DNA of 64,000 bases from Myxococcota bacterium (GCA_965250285.1 OZ252299.1:1376001-1440000), one strand, 5' to 3'. Positions 28,375-38,647 are shown, numbered from the stretch's first letter. Program-made: numbers and translations. Notes: generated by a model from the sequence alone, not told the origin.

Positions 28375-31300
28375 TTGGTGCGCAGTCAAGTTGCTCGTGG
28401 CGTGTCGGTGCTAGTGGGTGTTGTGCTGCTTCTCGTGCCGGTCTCGCAAGCCGCAAGCGAGTCGTTGGCCGCGTCAGAGATGGATGCGATCGATGAGATT
28501 CGTTCGATTCTCAAAGACTCGCCTCCCGCGGATCTGACTCCCGCACTCGAGAATCAGATCCTTCAGACGCTTGAGGCGATTGAGGATGGCAGCTACCCGG
28601 CCGCAGGACAGCGGGCGAGATTGAGTGGCGCGGGTGTGTCTGCACTGTCCTTCGCGCCATTGTCGCAGCTCAGTCAACCGCAGGCGGCAGCGCAATCTGC
28701 ACCGTCCCGGACGTATACCTACGATGAGCTAGGTCGCCTGGATACTGTCACGTCGGCAGACGGCAAGCGTGTCAAGTACGCATACGATGATGCCGGCAAC
28801 AGGCGTATGGTTTTGGTTCCAGAGCCAAAGGGGTGGATGCTCCTGCTGGCTGGGGTCGCGACGCTGATCTCCATTCATCGCGGCCGCAAGAGCACTGCGA
28901 GGCGGGGTGTAGTCACGAAGCGCCCAGAGTGGCGTCGGTGGCTTCTCAGTGTTGCTCTGGTTGGTGCGACGATGCCTGGATCGGTCAATGCCAGTGATGG
29001 TCCCAGTATCGGGTCGATTCTCGGAACCATCTCACAAAACGGTGGCTCATCAGCCTCTGCTGCTACCGCGCCGGCCGAGCCGCAGTACGTGCTTCCTAGC
29101 TTGTATCCGGATTGCTCCGGAGGTCAGTGCTCTCCTGGACGGGTTGGGGGCAAGCTTGAGGCGGAGCTAGAGGCGGTGCGATCGGCCCTGGGCGGCGATC
29201 CAGCGGCAGTCTATCAGTGGGTCTATGAAAACATCGAGTATGAATGGACCTGGGGCTCGAACAAGGGCGCCGAGGGGACGCTACTCGACCGTTCAGGGAA
29301 CGACTTCGACCAGGCGAATCTCGTTCTAGCCCTCCTGGAGGGGTACGGGCACACTGCGGTCATTGAGTATGGGACTATCCGATATGACGCGGCTGCCATT
29401 ACAAGCTGGCTTGGAATCCCTGATGACGCTGTGTTGCTCAGACGAATCTTTGGAACCTTCGGTGGGCGCGATCCGGGCAGCAACACCGTTGTCGCCAATG
29501 GCGACGATACGATTCAGTATGCCGACCTTGAGCGCGTCTGGGTCCGGGTCGATGTTGGACCGTCCCACCAAGGCGGGTACTCCTTCGCGATGCTTGACCC
29601 TGCCTTCAAGTCACATGACGTGATTCCTCCAATCGATCTTGGAGCCGCGATGAACTACGACCGGTCGGTGTTCCGTACCAGTGCGTTTACTGGCGGTGGT
29701 GCGCAGATCGGATCCTCATCAGTAACGAGTCCGAACCGTGACGCAATCCATGGCAACTTGGCGCAGTATGCAACGAATCTGATCGAGCACGTTGGCGGTG
29801 CGTCGTCCGGTGTGGACCTGGTAGATGTGATCGGTGGCTCAGAGCTCGTCGCCGGTCCTGGCCCGATTCTCGATTCTGTACTGCCCGGCCTGCAACAAGT
29901 CTCGGCTGTCTGGACGGCGGTACCGGACGATCTCCGGACGACTCTAGAGTTGGCCTTCTCAGTCACGGGGGCGTCGTCGCCTCCGCCCGGGGCATGTGGC
30001 GGGTTCGTGTATACAGATGAGATCGCGGGTCGCAGGCTGACCCTGTCGCCCGATGTTGCGGTGGGGGGCGGTGCAGACGTTGTCCTTAGGTACGAGGGCG
30101 AGGAGATCGCGCGGTACTCAGATTGTCTGGCGACTGTCTCCGGTCAGGTTTCGAGTAGTTACCGATACGTGGTGGCGATCGATCATCCCTTCGCCGATGA
30201 GTTTCTCGCCGATGCGAGGCTAACCACAAACCTGCAAACGTCTGGCACCTACGCGCTGATAGCGCTCTTGGGGCGAATTGGCGAAGGACGGGTGGAGTAC
30301 CACTCTGCGCGTAGTCGAATCAACGCTGACAGATTCGATTCCCTCCTAGACGAACCTGTGATCGGCGAGGCCATGTCCGTTCTGGCATCCGGATTCGGGA
30401 TGCAGTCCAGCAGAGTTCTTGATCTCCTACGTCCCGCTAGCGAGGCTCACTGCCTGTTTCACCATGTCGTCGGTTTTGTGGGACAACGCGAGTATCCCTT
30501 CCTCGATCTTCCTGACGCAGTACACGCCTGCGTTAGCCCGTACTCCACGGACGGCGAGCTAGATACGGTTGTCGATACGATCGTGGCCGGGCACTTCGGC
30601 GGCCTGGAGGCAAGTGTTGTTCATCAGTACCAACAGCAGGATGCTGTCTCCACGCAGTATGTGTTCGATGAGTTGGCGGACTCGACATTCTACGAGGCTA
30701 CTAAGGACAACTTCAGTTCCATTAGACCGATGCTCAACGGATACAGCACGTTCTGGTTGAACGAATTTCAAGCATTCCTGAACAGCACTGTGAATGGGCG
30801 GTGGGTGCTTCCCGAGAAGGGAGACAACACGATCGGAACCTGGTTCGGGTTCGGCGTGTTCGGTATGAGTAAGTTCCGGTACCAAGCCTTGGTTTCGGGT
30901 GGACTCAATGGTGGCGTCGGGACCCAGCATGGAATCTACGAGATTCAGCCTCCGTACTTCGAGGTCCCTTCGAGCCATGCTCAGTCGCTAGACCCAATTG
31001 ACTTGGTCAAGGGTGACTTCTTGTTCGAGCACACCGATTTAACCGTAGGTGGTGAGTCCCCTCCGTTCGGATTGTCGCTTCGGCGGAGTTACAACTCTGG
31101 CGCCTTCCTTTCGAATGATGGCATGGGTGCAGGGTGGACTCATAGCCTGATTGGAAACGTGACGGTCGGAAGCAATGCGCTGTTGGCACTCAATGGCAGA
31201 TCTGTCGCGGAGATCGCTGCCGTGATCGCTGAGCTGTATGTGACGGTGGATCTCCTGCGTGATTCGGACGACCTCGCGAACGTCGTAATCGCGTCGCTAA

Positions 31301-34300
31301 GTCATGTATGGCTCATGGAATACCTGCGAGATAGTGTCGCTTCGGTCCGTATCGGAAGCGACTCGTCCGAGTTCTTTCGTCTGACAGATGGCAGCTACAA
31401 GGCGCCGCCCGGGTCTGCGGCTGTTCTTACGCAGCAACCAGGAGGACAGTTCGTACTGACTCAGAAAGACGGCTCTTCGGCGACGTTTCAATCGGACGGG
31501 CACATCGAGGAGTGGTCGGATCGGCACGACAACAAGGTGACCTACTTCTACTTTGGGGATCTTCTGTCGCGTGTCGAGGATGACTTCGGCCACTCGATCT
31601 CGTTCCACTACGACGGAGAGCTCCTTGATTTCGCGATGAGTGGGGGTCGCAAGGTTGACTACGGGTACGACGGGGAGGGTCGCCTCAACTCGGTTGTAGA
31701 TCCAGAAAATCATGAAACCGTTCTTTCCTACACGGACGACGGCTTGCTCGAGAAGATCTTCACGCCGGGCGATCTGATTAATCCAGCCGTGCTGAATGTG
31801 TATGCGTTTCGTGAGGACGGCTGGGGCTACGATGACTTTGGCAAGGTTACATCTCAGCAGAATGCCGTCGGCGAGTGGTACGACTACGAGTACGCAGGCA
31901 GCTTTACGATAGAAGCTGATCCGCTTGGTCACGCGAAGAAATGGTTCTTCGACGGTAACGGCAGGACCATTGTCGAGCATGATCAGCTCGGCTTGCCGAC
32001 GCAGATGGTGTACGACGGTGAACAGCGATTGATCGAGCGGATCTCTCCCGAAGGCGACTACGTCTCGTTTACATACGATGATCTGCACAATGTCCTCTCA
32101 AGGACACGTCATCCGAAGCCGGGTTTCGTCGTTGATCCGATCGAAGAGATCTACACGTATGAGCCACTCTTCAGTCAGATAGAGACGTATACAGACCCAA
32201 TGGGAGAGGTGACGACCTACTACTACGACAGTGCGGGCGACTTGGATCGCATCGAACGGCCACCGGTTGAAGCGGGAGTCGCGACTACGAGGTTCATCTT
32301 CAATAGCCTGGGGCTGGTGGGCGAAGTCGAGGATCCTGAAGGCATGGTCACGAAGTTTGGTTACGACATGTCAACTGGGGAGTTGATATCCAGGATCGAA
32401 GACTTCGGTGGACTCGGCATCGAGTCAGAGTGGGATCACTACCCGACTGGAGACGTTTGGTGGTCTGAGGATCCTTTGGGTCGCCGAACTACGTACTTCT
32501 ACGACGATATGCGTCGGGTCGAGAAGGAGGTGGCCCCGGGTAGTTCTGCCTACGAGACCGAATACAAGTACGACTCAGAAGGCCTGCTTGAGTATGTGCG
32601 TAGAGAGACCCTAGCCCCTGCGGCGCCCTGGCAGGTCAACAGCTGGACCTATACGGGATCCGGCAAGGTCGAGACGGCCGTGGATCCTGAGCTGTCTATG
32701 ACGACAAGCGAGTACGACGAACTCGACCGGCTGTGGAAGGTTGAGGATGCAGAAGGGTATGTCACAGAGCGAAGCTACGATGCACGAGGCTCGCTCTGGA
32801 AGGTGATCGGGCCTTCAGGCCAAACGATGGCCGAGTACACGTACACACTGAACGGTCTTGTCGAAACCATGACTGACCCGAACGGCAATGTGACGGAGTT
32901 TAGGTATGACGGTTTCGATCGTCTGAAGAAGACGATCTATCCGGACGACTCCTATGAGGAGCTTGGGTACAACGATCGGTCTGATGTTGTGTCTCGGAGG
33001 ACGCGAGCGGGCGTCACGATTGACTACGTCCCCGATGCTCTGGGGCAGATCGTTCAGAAGAAAGTCCCTGGAGAGCCGCTCGTCGAGTACAAGTATGACC
33101 TAGCCGGGCGGCGAACAGCCGTCATTGATGATTGGGGGCGCGTTGACTACGACTTCGATGACCTTGGTCGACTCGAGGGTGTGCGGCGTTCGGACGGCCT
33201 AGACATCACGTACACATACTATGACGATGGACAGCCCGAGGTCTTCACCTACCCGGACGGCTCCTCGTTCTGTCATATGTACGACGATCTTGGGCGCCTA
33301 GACGGCATACATACTGATTGCGTCGGGGGTCCTTACATCGCTGACTTCGGGTGGGATGCTCTATCCCGGTTCGGCGGGATGTTCCATGAGAACGGTGTGG
33401 GTACGGGGGTTGTGTACGAGCTGGATAACGACGTAGAGGCCTGGACCAATGCATTCCCAGGAAACTATGTGATCTACGAGTACGGCTACGACCGGTTGCA
33501 CAATCGAACGTCAACGATGGTCGATGATCCGAGCTTCGAATTTGACCTGTTCTCGGTGCAGCAGCGGCTGTTCGTGCCTGACGAGCTGAATCAGTATGAC
33601 GCGGTGAACGGTGATGCGTTCATGCATGACCTTGACGGCAATCTCACATCGGGCGCTGGGCGTGACTTTGAGTTTGACGCAGAAGGGCGACTAATCCGTG
33701 CTGGAACCTCGACCTACGACTACGATTCGGATGGTCTGAGGCGCAGCAAGACAGTCGATGGTGTTACCACTCACTACCTCTATGACCGCGGTCACGTTAT
33801 CGGCGAGTATGATGACGCCGGGACGATGATCCGCCAGTACCTGTTCGGTCCTGGCACCGACATGCCTGTCCGGATGACTGCGGCTGACGGCAGCAACTAT
33901 TACTACCAGCTGGATGCTCATGGATCGGTCGTTGCGCTTACCAACTCCAGCGGATGGATTGTTGAGCGGTACACGTATGGACCCTTCGGTGAGACGCTGA
34001 GTGCGAGCGTCCTTGGGAGTCCTTTCCGGTACGCGGGGCGGGAGTGGGACCCGGAGACAGGTCTCTACTACAACCGTGCTCGGTACTATGATCCGGAGAT
34101 GGGACGATTCATCCAGCCCGACCCGCTGAAGCACGCAGACGGCCTGAATCTGTATGTCTATGGACGGAACAACCCCGTGAGGTTCGCCGATCCGCTGGGT
34201 CTCTTCGCAAAGGGGAGCTTTGGTCCAGCCCAGCAGTCGGGGCTCGGTGGCGACTTCGGCGAGGGGATAGTTTCCCTGCCGCGAGGATTGGGTAGATTTG

Positions 34301-34746
34301 CTCGGCAAGAGGCACGTCGGCTGGGCTTCCTCGGTACGGGTCAGCAGGTGCAGTCGACACTTATTGAAGATCGGCTACTCGGCGAGATCGCGGCGGTTGG
34401 GATGAACTTGATCAACGAGTTTCCAGGACCGGCGTCTGAAATGGCGCGCGACGGAGTACGGGACAACGCCGGGCGGATCGCTGGTCGCTTCACTGCAAGC
34501 CAGATTGCAAGGAGCGGGATGTCGCGCGCTGTCGGGCGGGTCCAGGCAGGAGCACTTGGACTTGGCCTTACAGAGTTGGCTGTCGCGGGAGACGCGCAAC
34601 TCGCAGTTGAGAATCTTGCCTTGAGGAATCAGGTCTTTGTGACAACAGTGGACTTGTCGCAGCCGATTCTTCCGCAGATCAGTGTCGATGGTCTCGATGC
34701 GCTTACAGAGGTGTTGAATGCGATCTCGACCGGGCAGGCTCAGTAG
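28375..34746 (+). CDS. Rhs/YD-repeat polymorphic toxin (transglutaminase-like, DUF6531-like, RHS core, ~180-aa C-terminal tip)
   Basis: GGAGG RBS; many YD repeats; KGAEGTLLDRSGNDFDQA; DPIDLVKGDF; RYYDPEMGRFIQPDP...NLYVYGRNNPVRFADPLGL. Confidence 0.95.
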   Translation: MVRSQVARGVSVLVGVVLLLVPVSQAASESLAASEMDAIDEIRSILKDSPPADLTPALENQILQTLEAIEDGSYPAAGQRARLSGAGVSALSFAPLSQLSQPQAAAQSAPSRTYTYDELGRLDTVTSADGKRVKYAYDDAGNRRMVLVPEPKGWMLLLAGVATLISIHRGRKSTARRGVVTKRPEWRRWLLSVALVGATMPGSVNASDGPSIGSILGTISQNGGSSASAATAPAEPQYVLPSLYPDCSGGQCSPGRVGGKLEAELEAVRSALGGDPAAVYQWVYENIEYEWTWGSNKGAEGTLLDRSGNDFDQANLVLALLEGYGHTAVIEYGTIRYDAAAITSWLGIPDDAVLLRRIFGTFGGRDPGSNTVVANGDDTIQYADLERVWVRVDVGPSHQGGYSFAMLDPAFKSHDVIPPIDLGAAMNYDRSVFRTSAFTGGGAQIGSSSVTSPNRDAIHGNLAQYATNLIEHVGGASSGVDLVDVIGGSELVAGPGPILDSVLPGLQQVSAVWTAVPDDLRTTLELAFSVTGASSPPPGACGGFVYTDEIAGRRLTLSPDVAVGGGADVVLRYEGEEIARYSDCLATVSGQVSSSYRYVVAIDHPFADEFLADARLTTNLQTSGTYALIALLGRIGEGRVEYHSARSRINADRFDSLLDEPVIGEAMSVLASGFGMQSSRVLDLLRPASEAHCLFHHVVGFVGQREYPFLDLPDAVHACVSPYSTDGELDTVVDTIVAGHFGGLEASVVHQYQQQDAVSTQYVFDELADSTFYEATKDNFSSIRPMLNGYSTFWLNEFQAFLNSTVNGRWVLPEKGDNTIGTWFGFGVFGMSKFRYQALVSGGLNGGVGTQHGIYEIQPPYFEVPSSHAQSLDPIDLVKGDFLFEHTDLTVGGESPPFGLSLRRSYNSGAFLSNDGMGAGWTHSLIGNVTVGSNALLALNGRSVAEIAAVIAELYVTVDLLRDSDDLANVVIASLSHVWLMEYLRDSVASVRIGSDSSEFFRLTDGSYKAPPGSAAVLTQQPGGQFVLTQKDGSSATFQSDGHIEEWSDRHDNKVTYFYFGDLLSRVEDDFGHSISFHYDGELLDFAMSGGRKVDYGYDGEGRLNSVVDPENHETVLSYTDDGLLEKIFTPGDLINPAVLNVYAFREDGWGYDDFGKVTSQQNAVGEWYDYEYAGSFTIEADPLGHAKKWFFDGNGRTIVEHDQLGLPTQMVYDGEQRLIERISPEGDYVSFTYDDLHNVLSRTRHPKPGFVVDPIEEIYTYEPLFSQIETYTDPMGEVTTYYYDSAGDLDRIERPPVEAGVATTRFIFNSLGLVGEVEDPEGMVTKFGYDMSTGELISRIEDFGGLGIESEWDHYPTGDVWWSEDPLGRRTTYFYDDMRRVEKEVAPGSSAYETEYKYDSEGLLEYVRRETLAPAAPWQVNSWTYTGSGKVETAVDPELSMTTSEYDELDRLWKVEDAEGYVTERSYDARGSLWKVIGPSGQTMAEYTYTLNGLVETMTDPNGNVTEFRYDGFDRLKKTIYPDDSYEELGYNDRSDVVSRRTRAGVTIDYVPDALGQIVQKKVPGEPLVEYKYDLAGRRTAVIDDWGRVDYDFDDLGRLEGVRRSDGLDITYTYYDDGQPEVFTYPDGSSFCHMYDDLGRLDGIHTDCVGGPYIADFGWDALSRFGGMFHENGVGTGVVYELDNDVEAWTNAFPGNYVIYEYGYDRLHNRTSTMVDDPSFEFDLFSVQQRLFVPDELNQYDAVNGDAFMHDLDGNLTSGAGRDFEFDAEGRLIRAGTSTYDYDSDGLRRSKTVDGVTTHYLYDRGHVIGEYDDAGTMIRQYLFGPGTDMPVRMTAADGSNYYYQLDAHGSVVALTNSSGWIVERYTYGPFGETLSASVLGSPFRYAGREWDPETGLYYNRARYYDPEMGRFIQPDPLKHADGLNLYVYGRNNPVRFADPLGLFAKGSFGPAQQSGLGGDFGEGIVSLPRGLGRFARQEARRLGFLGTGQQVQSTLIEDRLLGEIAAVGMNLINEFPGPASEMARDGVRDNAGRIAGRFTASQIARSGMSRAVGRVQAGALGLGLTELAVAGDAQLAVENLALRNQVFVTTVDLSQPILPQISVDGLDALTEVLNAISTGQAQ

Positions 34747-35063
34747 TGGGGGAGGCCGGTGCGTCCCGTCGATTCGCAGTGCGGTGCAACGCTTGTGGCA
34801 CGAGGGGCATATCGCCCCTGTCCGTCGTTTCGATGCGCCGCGGGCGCCGGGTGACCTGCTCGAGCTGCGGTTCGGAATTGTTCTTGAAGGGTTGGCTCGA
34901 TGAGGTTGTTGCGATAGCAGAGCAGGCGGCTTTGCTGGCTTCCATGATTGCGTCGGTTGCGATGAGTTCTGTGCTTCCCTTTTTGGGAGTCTGTATCGGT
35001 TTGTTGGCGGTCGAGTGCTACGTAGTGCCTCGTTGGTTCACTGTCGTTGGCGACGAGGAATGA
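34746..35063 (+). CDS. Putative cognate immunity protein (Zn ribbon + 2 TM)
   Basis: Start overlaps the Rhs stop; CNACG...CSSCG; hydrophobic C-terminal half. Confidence 0.65.
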   Translation: MGEAGASRRFAVRCNACGTRGISPLSVVSMRRGRRVTCSSCGSELFLKGWLDEVVAIAEQAALLASMIASVAMSSVLPFLGVCIGLLAVECYVVPRWFTVVGDEE

Positions 35064-35259
35064 GTGGCGTCCATTCTGTCGCCGGCTTCGTTTGTAGTGA
35101 CCTGTGTTGAAGGGGCCCTGCTGCGGTCTTCGGGGAGAGCTCCTGAACGTAGGTCGCTTCCGAGGAGGGTCTCGACTGGGGTGGTTGCGGCCGATCAGGT
35201 GAGTGGATTGAATGGGGCCGAGGCGCGAGCGGAGAAGCTCCGTTCGGCAGAGAAACTGC

Positions 35260-35577
35260 GTGCTGACACTCAGCCAATATGAGTGGGCGCTTGCTACGGC
35301 TGTCGTGACGCTCTTGTGGTACGCGTTGGTCGTGCTTCAGACCATGCGGCTGCGTAGGTTAGGGTCGCATCGGAGCGAAGACTTGAGCTTCATTGCATTT
35401 CTCGTAGCCCCGAATGGTTGGGTGTTGCGAGTTCTCCGCTGGTTGTTTGGCTTTCAGTATCTTCGCGAGCGAGACGGTATCCTGACGGCGATTGGTACGT
35501 GCGCAATCGCTACGCTCTCCTCAGCGGTATTCTTGATACTCGGGCCAGCGTTTCGATGGGTGATCATTGCCGGTTGA
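35260..35577 (+). CDS. Small membrane protein (105 aa), paralog of 39199-39516
   Basis: YEWA.ATA..TLLWY...LQT.RL...GS.RSEDLS...PNGW.LR...LILGPAFRWV shared; identical length. Confidence 0.8.
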   Translation: MLTLSQYEWALATAVVTLLWYALVVLQTMRLRRLGSHRSEDLSFIAFLVAPNGWVLRVLRWLFGFQYLRERDGILTAIGTCAIATLSSAVFLILGPAFRWVIIAG

Positions 35578-36178
35578 ACATCAGAATGGCCCCATCTCGC
35601 TAGTTGCGTGGCGGGATTCGTTTTGGGGTATCGGGTCTAGGCAAGCCTGGGCGGACTCTTCCTCTCTAGAAGTGCGCCACTGTGCGTACCAACAGCGTCG
35701 GCCATTCAAGCGACAGATCGTCGATCCGGACGCGGCGATAGACGGGATCGACTGTGTTCGACTGCTCTCTCCACCGAAGCGCGCCTGTTGCCTGGCAGCG
35801 CCCGCTGGGAGTTAAGCAGACACGTCGCGTCGTCGACGCTCGTCCCGAGAGTCTCGTCCATCCCTGCTGTCTCCGATGCGAGGGCGGCCGCTCGGCAACA
35901 ACCTGGGGCATTCGTCCGGCGGTAGCCGTGGGGAGTCGCGACCATAGGCGCTTGTCTGCGTCGGTTGCGCAGGCAGTCACGCTGGGATGGGTCGCGGCAA
36001 CGTATTGAAGCGTGGCCGGGCACCGCGGAGATTCGATGAGCGAGCGAAGTTCACGAACTCCCAACCGCGCCAATCGATCTGGATCTCGGTTGGGGCGCTC
36101 GGCGTTGAGTGCGACGCGGTGATCCTTGGGCGGGGGCGGTTCGCATCTGTTGCCGAAGCTCCACGGGGCTGAGCGTTC

Positions 36179-37015
36179 CTAGACGCGGAGGGCCTGACGG
36201 TGGCGCAGGTGATTCACGCTTGCCGGCTTGGGCTTGCTGAGAGCGAGCGCGTAGCAATAGAACCGAACGTCTGGCGCGGTCGGATCGACACGCTCAGCCC
36301 ATGTCAGGTGGTAGCTGTATTCACGATCCTCGCCGTTGTCGTCGGTGAAGCGGATCGTAATGCGAACTTCATCGGCGCTCCTATTCTGGCTCAGCGGGAC
36401 ATAGAGGCCGTGTGTCCGATTTGCGCTCGACGGGCCGCGCGGCTTGACAACGTTTGAGGACTCGTCCTCCAGTCCCGGAGGGTCAACCGAATACGTGACG
36501 TGGTCGACTGGCGAGTCGTAGGTCTGCCAGTGCATGCCGCGAGCCTTCGCGAATCGGCCGCCGCTGCTGCGATCCCCGTGTTCGCCCCATCCCGGGTTCT
36601 TCACGTTGTCGTAGACGTCGATCCGAACGCGGGGTGCGGCCCGTCCGCGCTCAATGGATCGAAGCCCTTCAATGCCCTCGATCGTCCTGTCGAGACCACG
36701 TAGCGCTACCTCGAGATCCCGTCTCTGGAGTTCGAGCTCGTCCTGTTGAAACTCAAGGGACTGACGTTGCAGGATCAAGTTCCAGACGAGAAATAGCAGG
36801 GCCACCGGCTGGGAGATTCCGCCGACGAAGTCACCCCACGATCCCGGCTCGAACGAAACGCCGAGAAGATGTAGCCCGACGGGCGCGAGTAACAGAAACG
36901 CGAGCAAAGCGAACGCCCAACCGCCGAGCCGACGAAGTCCGCCCTTTCGCTTCTGTCGAGACTCGCGGCTCTTCTGGACCCGCTGCATGAGCTCGTCGCG
37001 TCTGTTGTCGTCCAT
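36179..37015 (-). CDS. Membrane protein with putative Abi-type TM/coiled-coil N-terminal motif
   Basis: WGDFVGGI..P.ALL.L...L.LQ...L..Q..EL.LQR..L pattern. Confidence 0.75.
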   Translation of the reverse strand: MDDNRRDELMQRVQKSRESRQKRKGGLRRLGGWAFALLAFLLLAPVGLHLLGVSFEPGSWGDFVGGISQPVALLFLVWNLILQRQSLEFQQDELELQRRDLEVALRGLDRTIEGIEGLRSIERGRAAPRVRIDVYDNVKNPGWGEHGDRSSGGRFAKARGMHWQTYDSPVDHVTYSVDPPGLEDESSNVVKPRGPSSANRTHGLYVPLSQNRSADEVRITIRFTDDNGEDREYSYHLTWAERVDPTAPDVRFYCYALALSKPKPASVNHLRHRQALRV

Positions 37016-37070
37016 TCCGAGAGACTATCTCGGGTCCTGCCTGGCCACGAGCGCCACGGGCGGCCGTCGC
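37013..37070 (-). promoter_or_regulatory. 58-bp conserved leader with -10-like TAGTCT 6 nt before the ATG (copy 2)
   Basis: 46/58 identity to 14501-14558. Confidence 0.65.
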
Positions 37071-37072
37071 GG

Positions 37073-37942
37073 CTACGTCCCGTCCCCATGGCGGCAGTCT
37101 GCGTCGCTGTCGCGCTGGGTCCGCATCATGATGCGACCGTCAGGGAATCCGTAGACGCGAACCGTACCGTCGCGGTGGGTGCAGAACAGGTCGGACTCAC
37201 CCACCGCGTCGATGTAGTCGTCCACGGCCTCGTCATGGGGGTGGCCATGGGTGGAGTTCTGGCCGACTGAGATCACGATCTTCCGGGGGCCGACCGCGTC
37301 GAGGAATGGATCCGTGCGGCCGTTGTGGCTGCCGTGATGCGATGCCTTGAGGACATCCGCCTCGAGCTGGTCAGCGTGGTTGTTGACTAGGAATCCGATG
37401 GTGTCGAGCTCCACGTCCCCCGTGAAGAGCATCGAGAAGTCGCCGAAGGTCATCCGGACGACTCGGGTGTTGTCGTTCTCATGGTCAGGGCAGTCGGCCG
37501 CGTTCGCCGGTACGGGGAGAAACTCAAACGTCACGCCGTCGATCGTGACTGACTCTCCGGGGCTCATCTGCTCCGCGCCTTCGTCCTCGAGAGCCTCCCG
37601 CCACGTGTCGTCCGATGTGCGATTCGGACAGTCTTCCATGTTTCCATAGAAGCGCTCGACTTCGAACTGCTCGATCACCTCGTCCATACCCCCGTGGTGG
37701 TCGAAGTGGCGATGGGAGACGACCGCGAGAGCGACGGTCTCTATGCCCATCTCTTCCATGTAGTCCGCTTGATCGTCGTTCGTGCCGGCATCGATCACGA
37801 TCCACTCTTCGTTCGGAGTGCGGATCACGATGCCGTCCGCTTGGCCGCGGTCGAGTACCTGGACGCGGACGGATTGGAACGCGAAAGCGGGGCCAGCCAA
37901 TCCCACTACGGTGCAAGCCAACGTGAGAGCAAGCGTTCTCAT
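37073..37942 (-). CDS. Secreted ComEC/Rec2-type metallo-beta-lactamase-fold hydrolase
   Basis: Signal peptide; LDRGQAD; IDAG; SHRHFDHHGG; LFTGD; LKASHHGS; HGHP. Confidence 0.9.
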   Translation of the reverse strand: MRTLALTLACTVVGLAGPAFAFQSVRVQVLDRGQADGIVIRTPNEEWIVIDAGTNDDQADYMEEMGIETVALAVVSHRHFDHHGGMDEVIEQFEVERFYGNMEDCPNRTSDDTWREALEDEGAEQMSPGESVTIDGVTFEFLPVPANAADCPDHENDNTRVVRMTFGDFSMLFTGDVELDTIGFLVNNHADQLEADVLKASHHGSHNGRTDPFLDAVGPRKIVISVGQNSTHGHPHDEAVDDYIDAVGESDLFCTHRDGTVRVYGFPDGRIMMRTQRDSDADCRHGDGT

Positions 37943-38032
37943 GCCAGTAGTCCTTCAGCTGATCCGTTCCGATTCTGCCGTTCCTGAGTCTCGTGCGAGT
38001 GTGGGCTCCGGGCCTCGCGAGTTGAGATCTGG

Positions 38033-38647
38033 ATGTGTCACCCCGTACACATCTCGAAGATCGAGAGATCTCGCGGCGATGTCTGCCGGCTAGAGTGGCG
38101 TAGCGTGTGGGGCAAGGGTGGGCATCAATTGGCTGGTTCGACAATCGGCAGGATTGCTGAGCGGCTCCCGTACTCCGACGGGTCCGGTCGCCGCAGGCTC
38201 ATCGCAGGAGCCTTCGTTCTGTCGACGCTCGTGGCCGTGGCTGGCGGCACCGGGTGCGAGGAGACGCTTGATGGGGTGCTCGAGTCGAAGTGCGAGAAGG
38301 CTGCGGTCAGGCTGGCGCGGAACGAGTGCCGAGCGCTCCATTCAGAGAGCGTGCCTACCGACCCAGCGATAGATGAGCGCAGGTCCGAGCTCCTCCGATG
38401 CACTCAACGCGCGTGCGCAGACGTTCCGTCCGTCTGCGACAAAGAGGGTGGGTCTTACAACCTCGAGGAGCTCTCTGCTCACTTGGCGTGCATGCGCGAG
38501 GTGATGCGGGGCTCGGGGCAGGACCCGAACCACGAGTGCCGGACGGACGAGCGGGTGATGGGGCCGTGCGTGGAAGAGTGTGTCAACGACGCGCTCAAGT
38601 CAGTCCAGCACGCGCGCCGCATCCTCGAATGCGAGCAAGGGCGCTAG
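38033..38647 (+). CDS. Cys-rich putative lipoprotein (start uncertain)
   Basis: Hydrophobic stretch ending GGTGC; about 10 Cys in the mature part. Confidence 0.6.
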   Translation: MCHPVHISKIERSRGDVCRLEWRSVWGKGGHQLAGSTIGRIAERLPYSDGSGRRRLIAGAFVLSTLVAVAGGTGCEETLDGVLESKCEKAAVRLARNECRALHSESVPTDPAIDERRSELLRCTQRACADVPSVCDKEGGSYNLEELSAHLACMREVMRGSGQDPNHECRTDERVMGPCVEECVNDALKSVQHARRILECEQGR

